Positions 9,436 to 17,529 of a DNA stretch of 64,000 bases are shown here, piece by piece (within the stretch, counting starts at the first letter, position 1; each line of letters begins with the position of its first letter). Position numbers and translations under genes: made by a program. This DNA is from Thermoplasmatota archaeon. Lineage in GTDB: Archaea; Thermoplasmatota; Thermoplasmata; UBA10834. The notes under the pieces were generated by a model. That model had not been told where the DNA came from. It ran no database searches and worked only from the letters and a program-made list of their open reading frames with translations. The DNA is taken from positions 264,421 through 328,420 of the forward strand of contig JBFMHR010000003.1 in NCBI GenBank assembly GCA_040751795.1, read 5' to 3'.

Positions 9436-9884
9436 TCACCACCTCGCATCGGTGATGGTCCAAGTTCGTTTATCGTCTCGGTGAACTCCGTGATGGTCTT
9501 CTGGAACTTCTCGCCTTCACCGGCGGAGATCCACTCGAGCCTCAGCCTGTCCGGGTCGTAGCCGAACTGCTGTATCAGCATCTTCAGGAGGGCTATCCTC
9601 CTGCGGGTCCTGTAGTTCCCCCCTATGTAGTGGCAGTCCGCCGGGTGGCACCCCGCGACGAGTATGCCGTCCGCGCCCTTCTTGAACGCCCTCAGGACGA
9701 ACTCCGGGTCCACACGGGCCGAGCACATCACCCTGATGACCCTGAAGTAGGGCGGCATCTGCAGCCTGCTCACGCCCGCGAGGTCCGCGCCCGCGTACGA
9801 GCACCAGTTGCAGCAGAACACGATTATCTTCGGCTCGAACGCGTGCTCGGCCGCACCGTGCGCCTCCTTCGCCTCGCTGCTCAT
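9432..9884 (-). CDS. mvhD: Hydrogenase iron-sulfur subunit MvhD ([2Fe-2S])
   Basis: FCCNWCSYAGADLAG ... GCHxxDCHY motifs. 150 aa. ATGA overlaps with genes on both sides. Confidence 0.85.
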   Translation of the reverse strand: MSSEAKEAHGAAEHAFEPKIIVFCCNWCSYAGADLAGVSRLQMPPYFRVIRVMCSARVDPEFVLRAFKKGADGILVAGCHPADCHYIGGNYRTRRRIALLKMLIQQFGYDPDRLRLEWISAGEGEKFQKTITEFTETINELGPSPMRGGE

Positions 9885-12800
9885 CCCTTCACCTCCTGCT
9901 TCTTCGGCTGCTCAAGCGCAGCATCGATCATCGCCAGTATCTGCTCGTCCCTGAAGCCCTTCTGCGTCAGGGCCCCCGCAGGGCACGCGCCCACGCAGGC
10001 GCCGCAGCCCTTGCACAGCCCCACGTTGACGCTGACCATCTTCTTCTTCGGGTCGTCCTTGTGGGGCACGATGTCCAGCGCCTTGTACTCGCAGGTCGGG
10101 ACGCATATGCCGCAGCCGTCGCACAGGCTCTCGTCGACGCTCGCGACTATGCCCTCCGCCTCGAGGGTCGTCTTCGACAGGACGGTCATCGCCCTCGCGA
10201 CGGCCGCCAGGGCCTGGGATATGCTCTCGTCCACGAACTTCGGCCCGTGCGCCAGCCCCGCGAGGTACACGCCCTCGGTGGCGAAGTCGACCGGCCTCAG
10301 CTTCATGTGCGCCTCGAGGAAGAAGCCCTCCTTGGTCAAGGGCACCTTCAGCATCGGCGCGAGCTCCTCGGCGTCGTGCTGCGGCCTGGTGCCTGACGCG
10401 AGGACGAGGTAGTCGGGCCTGAGGACCAGCAGCTTGCCGGTGTCCTCCTCGGTCACCTTGACCTCCAGCTTCCCGCCCTTGTCCTCCACGACGGGCTTCT
10501 TCTCGTCGTCGAACCTGACGAACTTGACGCCCTTCTGCGAGGCCTCCTTGTAGTACTTCTCCCTGAAGCCGTAGGTCCTGATGTCCCTGAACAGGACGTA
10601 GACCTCCGCCTCCGGGTCCTTCTCCTTGACCTTCGTGGCGGCGGTCATCGTGCCCGTGCAGCACACGCGCGAGCAGTTCGGGTGGTCTCCCTCCCTGGAG
10701 CCGACGCACTGTATGAAGGCGTACGACTTCCCCTTGGCCTCGCCCTTCTTGAGCATCTCCTTGAACTCGAGCAGGGTCTTGACGTTCTTGCTCTTCCCGT
10801 AGAGGTACTCGCCCTCGGGCCTGTGCTCCTGCCCGCCGACCGCGAGTATGACAACGCCGTGCTCGACCTCCTTGCCGTCGGCGAGGGTGGTCTTGAAGTT
10901 CCCGACGTACCCCTCGATGTTCTTGACCTTGGCCCCGAGGTGCACGGTTATGTTCTTCTCCGCCCTGACCTCGGCCTCGAGCCTCTTCACGTGCTCCATC
11001 GGGTCGTCGCCGGAGGGCAGGTAGTGCAGCTTCCTCAGGTTGCCCCCGAGCTCCTTCTCCTTCTCCACGAGGTGGACCTTCACGCCCTGCCTGGCGAGCT
11101 CGAGCGCGGCCACCATGCCGCTCACGCCCCCGCCTATGACCAGGGCCTGCTGGTTCACCTTGATGGTGAGGTTCTCGAGCGGCTCCAGGAGCTTCGACTT
11201 GGCGATGGCCATCCTGACGAGGTCCTTGGCCTTCTTGGTGGCGGCCTTGGGCTCGTGCATGTGGATCCAGGAGCACTGGTCCCTGATGTTCGCCATCTCG
11301 AAGAGGTAGGCGTTGAGCCCGGCCTCCCTGATGGTGTTCTGGAACAGCGGCTCGTGGGTCCTGGGCGTGCAGCTCGCGACCACGACCCTGTTGAGCTTGT
11401 GCTCCTCGACCTTGCCCTTGATGCGCTCCTGCGCGTCCTGGGAGCAGGTGTAGAGGTTCTGCTCGGCGTAGACCACGCCCGGCAGCGTCTTGGCGTACTC
11501 CATGACCTCGGGCACATTGACGACGCCGCCGATGTTGATGCCGCAGTGGCACACGAACACGCCGATCCTCGCCTCCTGCCCGCCGACGTCCTTCTCCTTG
11601 GGGTACTCCTTCTTGGTGACGAGCGTGCCCCTGGCGGAGGCTATCTCCGTCCCGGCCCTGGCCGCGGCCCCGCTCGCCTCGGCGACCGTCATGGGTATGT
11701 CCTTGGGGGACGAGAACGCCCCGCTCACGAACACCCCCGGCCTCGAGGTCTCGACCGGGGTGAACACCCCGGTCTGGCAGAAGCCGTCGTCGTTGAGGCG
11801 GAACTTCATGACGCGGCTCAGCGCCTCCGCGTCGGAGGCAGGCGTCAGCCCGACTGCGAGCACCACGAGGTTGAAGACCTCCTCCTTCGGCTCGCCGTCC
11901 TCGGTGTACTTGAGTATGAGGTTCTTGGTCTTCGGGTCCTCGCTGACCGCGGCTATCCTCGACCGGACGAACCTGATCCCGTACTCGTCCTTGGCGCGGT
12001 TGTAGTACTCGTCGAACTGCTTCCCGAACGCCCTCAGGTCCATGTAGAATATCGAGGGCTTGATGTTGCCGCCGTGCTCCTTGGCTATGATGGCCTCCTT
12101 GACGGAGTACATGCAGCACACGCTGGAGCAGTACTCGTTCCCGCAGTGCTCGTCCCTCGAGCCCACGCACTGTATGAAGGCGATCTTCTCGGGTATGTCG
12201 CCGTCGGAGGGCCTCAGGACGGTGCCGAAGTACGGCCCGGTCGCGCTCAGCATCCTCTCGAACTCGATGCTCGTCACGACGTTCTGGTACACGCCGTACC
12301 CGTACTCGGGCTTCAGGCGCGCGTTGAACTCCTCGAAGCCGGGCGAGACTATGATCGACCCGACCTGGATCTCGAACACCCTCTCCTTCTGGTCGTACGC
12401 GACGGCCTTGGCCTTGCACTCCTCGGCGCATATGCCGCAGCCGATGCACCTCTCCGGGTCTATGGAGTAGACCAGCGGCACGGCCTGGGGGTAGCGCACG
12501 AATATGGCCTTGCGGACCTTCGTGCCCTCGTTGTACTCGTCCACGGTCTCGATGGGGCACTTCTGCGCGCAGCTGCCGCAGCCCGTGCACTTGGTCTCGT
12601 CGACCCTGAACGCCCTCTGCTTGACCGTGACGGTGAAGTTGCCCGCCTGCCCGTCCACTATGGCTATGTCCGCGTTCGTTATCAGCTGGATGTTGTGGTG
12701 CCTGCCCGTCGCGACGAGCTTGGGCGCCATGATGCACATGGCGCAGTCGTTGGTCGGGAAGGTCTTGTCCAGCTGGGCCATGACCCCGCCGATGCTCGGC

Positions 12801-12916
12801 TGCTTCTCCACCAGGTACACCTTGTACCCGGAGTCGGCCAGGTCCAGCGCGGACTGGAGGCCGGATATGCCCCCGCCCACGACCATGACGGCGCCGACCT
12901 TGTCAGTTGCGGCCAT
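9881..12916 (-). CDS. hdrA: Large heterodisulfide reductase subunit A: extra N-terminal FAD/thioredoxin-reductase-like module fused to a complete HdrA
   Basis: About 1011 aa. Residues 1-430 (VVGGGISGLQ, ferredoxin CxxCxxCxxxCP) are paralogous to the free 431-aa protein at 15582..16877. Residues ~450-1012 are a standard HdrA: RIGVFVCHCG Fe-S N-domain, second GGGVSG FAD motif, inserted and C-terminal 2x[4Fe-4S] domains. An alternative GTG start lies 3 nt upstream. Confidence 0.9.
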   Translation of the reverse strand: MAATDKVGAVMVVGGGISGLQSALDLADSGYKVYLVEKQPSIGGVMAQLDKTFPTNDCAMCIMAPKLVATGRHHNIQLITNADIAIVDGQAGNFTVTVKQRAFRVDETKCTGCGSCAQKCPIETVDEYNEGTKVRKAIFVRYPQAVPLVYSIDPERCIGCGICAEECKAKAVAYDQKERVFEIQVGSIIVSPGFEEFNARLKPEYGYGVYQNVVTSIEFERMLSATGPYFGTVLRPSDGDIPEKIAFIQCVGSRDEHCGNEYCSSVCCMYSVKEAIIAKEHGGNIKPSIFYMDLRAFGKQFDEYYNRAKDEYGIRFVRSRIAAVSEDPKTKNLILKYTEDGEPKEEVFNLVVLAVGLTPASDAEALSRVMKFRLNDDGFCQTGVFTPVETSRPGVFVSGAFSSPKDIPMTVAEASGAAARAGTEIASARGTLVTKKEYPKEKDVGGQEARIGVFVCHCGINIGGVVNVPEVMEYAKTLPGVVYAEQNLYTCSQDAQERIKGKVEEHKLNRVVVASCTPRTHEPLFQNTIREAGLNAYLFEMANIRDQCSWIHMHEPKAATKKAKDLVRMAIAKSKLLEPLENLTIKVNQQALVIGGGVSGMVAALELARQGVKVHLVEKEKELGGNLRKLHYLPSGDDPMEHVKRLEAEVRAEKNITVHLGAKVKNIEGYVGNFKTTLADGKEVEHGVVILAVGGQEHRPEGEYLYGKSKNVKTLLEFKEMLKKGEAKGKSYAFIQCVGSREGDHPNCSRVCCTGTMTAATKVKEKDPEAEVYVLFRDIRTYGFREKYYKEASQKGVKFVRFDDEKKPVVEDKGGKLEVKVTEEDTGKLLVLRPDYLVLASGTRPQHDAEELAPMLKVPLTKEGFFLEAHMKLRPVDFATEGVYLAGLAHGPKFVDESISQALAAVARAMTVLSKTTLEAEGIVASVDESLCDGCGICVPTCEYKALDIVPHKDDPKKKMVSVNVGLCKGCGACVGACPAGALTQKGFRDEQILAMIDAALEQPKKQEVKG

Positions 12917-13707
12917 CACTGCTCACCTCCGATGACGATGGTCTTGTATGTTGGAGTGAACCCCTCCGGGTGCTCCATCGCTATCATGTTCTTCTGCCTC
13001 AGGGCGACGATGTGCCTCAGGACCCTGTCCGTAGGGACGTCCATGATCTGCCCCAGCTCCTTGACGGACCTGGCCCTGCCCCTGGACAGCTCGAGGATGA
13101 GGCTCCTCTCGAACTCCTCCTCCGTCGAGGCGTCTATGATCTTGTCGAGCTCCGCCGGGTCCAGCTTGTTGCCGTAGGCGTTGCCCTTGTTGACCAGGTT
13201 CAGCTCCCTGCCGACGAGCGCCTTGAGCCTGAAGGTCTCCGACGCGCCGTCCGCTGCGGCCACCCTGTCGCCCAGCCTCTGGTCCTTCCTGACCTTGCTC
13301 GGGCCGAGCCTCCTTATGTTCTCGGTGAACTCGGTCACGACCTTGGAGAACTTCTCCCCCTCGGACGCGGAGACCCACTCCAGCCTGAGCCTCTCGGGCT
13401 CGAGCCCGCTCTCCTCGAGCAGGCGCTTCATCAGCCTCACGCGCTTCTCGGTGTAGTAGTTCCCGGAGATGTAGTGGCAGTCGCCTATGTGGCAGCCGCC
13501 CAGGAGCACGCCGTCCGCCCCGGCCCTGAATATGTCGAGGACGAGGTGGGGGCTGATCCTGGTCGAGCACATGACCCTCACGGCCCTTATGTTCGTGGGG
13601 TACTGGTACCTGCTGACCCCGCACAGGTCGGCGCCCGCGTACGAGCACCAGTTGCACAGGAACCCTATGATCTTCGGCTCGAACTCCGCCTTGGGTGCGT
13701 CGGCCAT
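12916..13707 (-). CDS. MvhD domain fused to C-terminal winged-helix-like domain X
   Basis: The N-terminal ~140 aa are MvhD (FLCNWCSYAGADL, GCHIGDCHY). The C-terminal ~115 aa are homologous to the free-standing ORF 9052..9435. Confidence 0.8.
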   Translation of the reverse strand: MADAPKAEFEPKIIGFLCNWCSYAGADLCGVSRYQYPTNIRAVRVMCSTRISPHLVLDIFRAGADGVLLGGCHIGDCHYISGNYYTEKRVRLMKRLLEESGLEPERLRLEWVSASEGEKFSKVVTEFTENIRRLGPSKVRKDQRLGDRVAAADGASETFRLKALVGRELNLVNKGNAYGNKLDPAELDKIIDASTEEEFERSLILELSRGRARSVKELGQIMDVPTDRVLRHIVALRQKNMIAMEHPEGFTPTYKTIVIGGEQ

Positions 13708-13710
13708 GGC

Positions 13711-15585
13711 TCACACCTCCTCCTGGAGCGCGGCCTTCGCCTCTGCGAGCAGCTGCGCGTCGGTGTAGTTGGTCATGGTTATCGCGCCCTCGGGGCAGGT
13801 CGCGCCGCAGCAGCCGCAGCCCTTGCACGCCGCCACGATGACCTCCGCCAGGCCCTTGTCGTTCTTCCTGAGCGCGCCGTACGGGCACACCTCTATGCAG
13901 GTTCCGCACCCGGTGCACCTGGTCTCGTCGACGACCGAGGTCAGCGCCTCGGCCTGGACGTAGCCCTTGGCCATCGGGATCGCGGCCCTCGAGGCCGCGG
14001 CCGAGCCCTGCGTGACCGCCTCGGTTATGTCCGCCGGGCCCTTGCAGGTCCCGGCGACGTATATGCCGTCGGTGGCGAAGTCGACCGGCCTCAGCTTCAC
14101 GTGCGCCTCCAGGAAGAAGCCCTCCTGGCCCAGCGGCACCTTGAGCATCTTGGACAGCTCGCCCGCGTCCGGCTGCGCCACGAGCGGGGTCGACAGGACG
14201 ACCATGTCGACGGGCATCGTCCTCTCGAGCTTCAGGGTCTCGTGGAAGTACGTGACCTTCAGCTGGTTGTCCTCCATGAAGACCTTGGGCAGGTGGTCGA
14301 GGGTGTACCTGTTGAACTTGACCCTCTTCTCCCTGGCCTTGTTGTAGGTGAGCTCGTGCTCCACGCCGTAGGCCATGACGTCCCTGTTGAACACGGTGAC
14401 CTCGATCTTCTCCGACGGCCCGAGCTTGACCTCCTCGGCCTCGCCCTCGGCCTCGCCGCGCCCGCGCCTCCTGCGCCTGCGCTCGAGGATCTCGTCGGTC
14501 GCCTTCTTCTCGACGGGGATCTTCTCGACGACGGTCCCGGCCTTCTCCATGACCCCGAGCATGTTCTCGTAGTTGTCCACGATGTTGATGGCGTTCTTGA
14601 TGGCGACGTTGCAGCAGATCCTGGAGCAGTAGGACATCTTCTGGCCCCTGGACCCGACGCACTGTATGAACGCCACGCTCTTGAGCTTCGGGAGGGTCTT
14701 CTTCTTGCACAGGATCTCGAACTCCGTCAGGGTGACGACGTTAGGGTACTGGTTGTAGCCGTACAGGCCCTCGGGGACGAACTCCAGCGCACCGGTGGCG
14801 ACGACTATCGTGCCGACCTTGAACTTCTTCCCCTCGCCCCCCTTGGGGGCGATGACGACCTCGTAGTTGCCTATGAAGCCGTCGATGCTCTTGACGGTCG
14901 AGTTCAGGTGCAGCGTGATGTTCTTGTGCCCCTTGACCTTGTCTATCAGGGGCTTTATGGTGTCCGTCGCGCCCTTCTCGGTGACGTAGAGGTTGTTCAG
15001 GAGCCTGACGAAGCCCCCGAGCTCCCCCTCCCTCTCGACGAGGTGCACGGGGAAGCCCATGTCGGCCAGCGAGGCCGCGGCGGTCATCCCGCTGACGCCG
15101 CCGCCAATGACCAGCCCGACCGGCTCGACGTCGACCTTCGCCTCCTCCTGGGGCTTTAGCAGCCTGGCCCTCGCGACGCCCATGCGGATCAGGTCCTTGG
15201 CCTTCTTCGAGGCGAGGTCCTTCTCCTTCATGTGCACCCACGAGCAGTGCTCCCTGATGTTCACGAACGTGAACAGGTACTTGTTGAGGCCGGCGCCCTC
15301 GCAGGTCGCCTGGAACAGGGGCGCGTGCGTCCTGGGCGTGCAGCTCGCCACTATGACCCTGTTCAGGTTGTGCTTCCTGATGGCCTCCCTGATGCTGCCG
15401 AGCCCGTCCTCCGCGCAGGTGTACATGTTCTGGGTCGCGTACACCACGTCGGGGAGCGTCTTCGCGTAGTCCGCCACGGTGGGGACGTCCACGAACCCGC
15501 CTATGTTGCTCCCGCAGGAGCAGACGAACACGCCTATCCTCGGCTTGTCGACCTCGTTGACCTTGTTCTCAGCCATGTCGCTCAT
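13711..15585 (-). CDS. hdrA: HdrA, complete-HdrA module (the C-half of a split large HdrA)
   Basis: Begins MSDMAENKVNEVDKPRIGVFVCSCG. The ATG overlaps the TGA stop of the upstream 431-aa gene (ATGA). Carries FAD-binding GGGVSG, an inserted ferredoxin and a C-terminal 2x[4Fe-4S] ferredoxin domain. Confidence 0.85.
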   Translation of the reverse strand: MSDMAENKVNEVDKPRIGVFVCSCGSNIGGFVDVPTVADYAKTLPDVVYATQNMYTCAEDGLGSIREAIRKHNLNRVIVASCTPRTHAPLFQATCEGAGLNKYLFTFVNIREHCSWVHMKEKDLASKKAKDLIRMGVARARLLKPQEEAKVDVEPVGLVIGGGVSGMTAAASLADMGFPVHLVEREGELGGFVRLLNNLYVTEKGATDTIKPLIDKVKGHKNITLHLNSTVKSIDGFIGNYEVVIAPKGGEGKKFKVGTIVVATGALEFVPEGLYGYNQYPNVVTLTEFEILCKKKTLPKLKSVAFIQCVGSRGQKMSYCSRICCNVAIKNAINIVDNYENMLGVMEKAGTVVEKIPVEKKATDEILERRRRRRGRGEAEGEAEEVKLGPSEKIEVTVFNRDVMAYGVEHELTYNKAREKRVKFNRYTLDHLPKVFMEDNQLKVTYFHETLKLERTMPVDMVVLSTPLVAQPDAGELSKMLKVPLGQEGFFLEAHVKLRPVDFATDGIYVAGTCKGPADITEAVTQGSAAASRAAIPMAKGYVQAEALTSVVDETRCTGCGTCIEVCPYGALRKNDKGLAEVIVAACKGCGCCGATCPEGAITMTNYTDAQLLAEAKAALQEEV

Positions 15586-16877
15586 CCCCCCGCCTGGGCC
15601 ATGGCCTCGACCGCCTTCGCGGCCGCGCTCGAGCCCTGGGCGACCGCCTCGGGTATGTCCGCCGGGCCGGCCGCGTACCCCGCGAGGTACACGCCGGGCT
15701 TGACGGTCCTGCCCGGGCCGAGGATCCTGTCCGCAGACTCCAGGAACCCGAACTCGTCGACCTTCAGCCCGAGTATCTTCGCCAGCTCGGCCGTCTCCTT
15801 CCTGGGCACCAGCGTGGTGGCCAGGACGACGAGGTCGAACTCCTCGGACTGCTGCCTGCCGCCCACGTCGTACACGACGACGGGGTTGTGTGTGTCCGGG
15901 TTCTCCTGGACCGTGGCGTCGGAGTTGATGTACCTGACGCCGTAGTCGCGCTTGGCCCTCTCGACGTACTCGTAGAAGCCCTTGGCGCAGGCCCTCATGT
16001 CCTTGTAGAATATGGTGGACTCGATGTCGTCGTAGTGCTCCCTCGCCAGCATCGACTCCTTGGTCGAGTGCATGCAGCACACGGCGCAGCAGTACGGGTG
16101 CCCGACCTGCGGGTTCCTCGAGCCGACGCACTGTATGAACGCCATCTTCTTCGGCCTCTCCTTGTCGGAGCGCCTCTGGATGTGGCCGTGGGTCGGGCCC
16201 GCGGCGTTGATCATCCTCTCGTACTCCATCGCCGTGAAGACGTTGGGGTACCGGCCGTAGCCGTACTCCGTGGACGGGGTCGGGTCCCAGACGTCGAAGC
16301 CGGTGGCGACTATGATCGCGGCGACCTCTATCTCCAGGACCTGGTCCTTCATCTCGTAGTTGATGGCGCCCCTCTTGCAGACCTTCATGCAGTTTCCGCA
16401 CTTGTCCTTGGTCAGCTTGAGGCAGTGCTCCTTGTCGATGGTCATGACCCTGGGGACGGCCTGCATGAACGGGATGTATATCGCCTTCCTCGTGGTGAGG
16501 CCCATCTCCCAGTCGTTGACGACCTTGCTCGGGCACTTCTCGAGGCACTCCCCGCAGCCGGTGCACTTGGTCTCGTCGACGTACCGGGCCTTCTTGAGCA
16601 CCTTCACCTTGAAGCTGCCGACGCTCCCCTCGACGCCGATCACCTCAGAGTAGGTGATCACATTGGTGTTCGGGTGGCTGAAGCAGTCGGCCATCTTGGG
16701 CGCCAGTATGCATATAGAGCAGTCGTTCGTAGGGAAGGTCTTGTCCAGCTGGGCCATCCTCCCACCGATGCTGGGGGTCTTCTCGACCAGATGGACGATC
16801 AGTCCCTTGTCCGCCAGGTCCAGCGACGCCTGTATCCCGGCGACTCCCCCTCCTATCACCATAACCGCCTTCTCCAT
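15582..16877 (-). CDS. HdrA-like FAD-dependent oxidoreductase module (the N-half of a split large HdrA)
   Basis: 431 aa: VIGGGVAGIQASLDLA, DKTFPTNDC, one ferredoxin CTGCGECLEKCP. Paralogous to residues 1-430 of both large HdrAs. Lacks the RIGVxVCHCG N-domain and the C-terminal ferredoxins. Confidence 0.85.
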   Translation of the reverse strand: MEKAVMVIGGGVAGIQASLDLADKGLIVHLVEKTPSIGGRMAQLDKTFPTNDCSICILAPKMADCFSHPNTNVITYSEVIGVEGSVGSFKVKVLKKARYVDETKCTGCGECLEKCPSKVVNDWEMGLTTRKAIYIPFMQAVPRVMTIDKEHCLKLTKDKCGNCMKVCKRGAINYEMKDQVLEIEVAAIIVATGFDVWDPTPSTEYGYGRYPNVFTAMEYERMINAAGPTHGHIQRRSDKERPKKMAFIQCVGSRNPQVGHPYCCAVCCMHSTKESMLAREHYDDIESTIFYKDMRACAKGFYEYVERAKRDYGVRYINSDATVQENPDTHNPVVVYDVGGRQQSEEFDLVVLATTLVPRKETAELAKILGLKVDEFGFLESADRILGPGRTVKPGVYLAGYAAGPADIPEAVAQGSSAAAKAVEAMAQAGG

Positions 16878-17085
16878 TCAAAGTCCTCCACGAGTCCTAA
16901 ACGATGGTTCCCCTAGTCTACGCCTCACTCGGCTCCGTGATCCTGAACTCAAGGGGTTTGCGCGCCCTGCCGGGCCCCTCTCCGTAACCTTTCCTCTGTA
17001 TTATCTGTTTCGTTGGACGGGCGACGAGTGTCGCGCCCCCGGACCTCACGTCCGTGCGGATATCGTCGGCCGGCAGGCGTCCGCG

Positions 17086-17529
17086 TCACTTGGCCGAAAG
17101 GACCTCCTTCGCCTCGGTGTCCTTCTGGATCTCCGTGACCTTGACCTTGAAGGGGGCCTTCTTCCTGCCTTGCATCCCCTCGGACGCGAACCTCTGGCAG
17201 TTCGGGTATGTGCAGGGGGTGCACTTCTTGTCCTTGCACGACAGCTCTATGAGCACGAGCCTGTCCCTGGTGTCCGCGGCCCCGGTGACCGGCTTCCTGA
17301 CCTCGAACATCTTGGTCATCCGCGTCTCGTAGGGCTTCTTCTTCGGCTCTATCCTGGCGAACCTCTGGCAGTTCGGGTAGGTGCACGGGTCGCACTTCTT
17401 GTCCTTGCACGACAGCTCGATCAGCAGGACCCTGTCGCCCTGCCCCTTCGCCTGGGCCGCCTCCTTGGCGTCCTTCTCCTTCTTCTCCGTCTTCGGTGTC
17501 ATCCTAACAGTCCTTCGCGTTTCATTCAA
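17086..17529 (-). CDS. Small basic Cys-rich protein with an internal tandem duplication (2 x C-x5-C-x2-C-x4-C)
   Basis: Contains LIELSCKDKKC(D/T)PCTYPNCQRFA twice, 57 aa apart. The underlying ~81-nt DNA segments at 17187..17267 and 17358..17438 are about 89% identical. Lys-rich composition in a GC-rich genome. Overlaps the stop of the upstream gene. Confidence 0.55.
   Translation of the reverse strand: MNETRRTVRMTPKTEKKEKDAKEAAQAKGQGDRVLLIELSCKDKKCDPCTYPNCQRFARIEPKKKPYETRMTKMFEVRKPVTGAADTRDRLVLIELSCKDKKCTPCTYPNCQRFASEGMQGRKKAPFKVKVTEIQKDTEAKEVLSAK

Noticed and set aside
13711-16566. Long N-terminal extensions reported for ORFs 13711..16566, 17522..19354, 22151..23497, 22606..23955 and 24101..26260.
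   Set aside because: The extensions run in alternative frames over the upstream conserved genes. True starts are internal ATG/GTG codons forming 4-nt ATGA/GTGA overlaps or preceded by GGAGG-like motifs.
17187-17438. Direct repeat of about 81 nt with a 171-nt period, checked as a possible CRISPR or mobile-element repeat.
   Set aside because: Only two copies, in-frame within one ORF and encoding duplicated Cys motifs. This is an intragenic domain duplication, not a CRISPR array.
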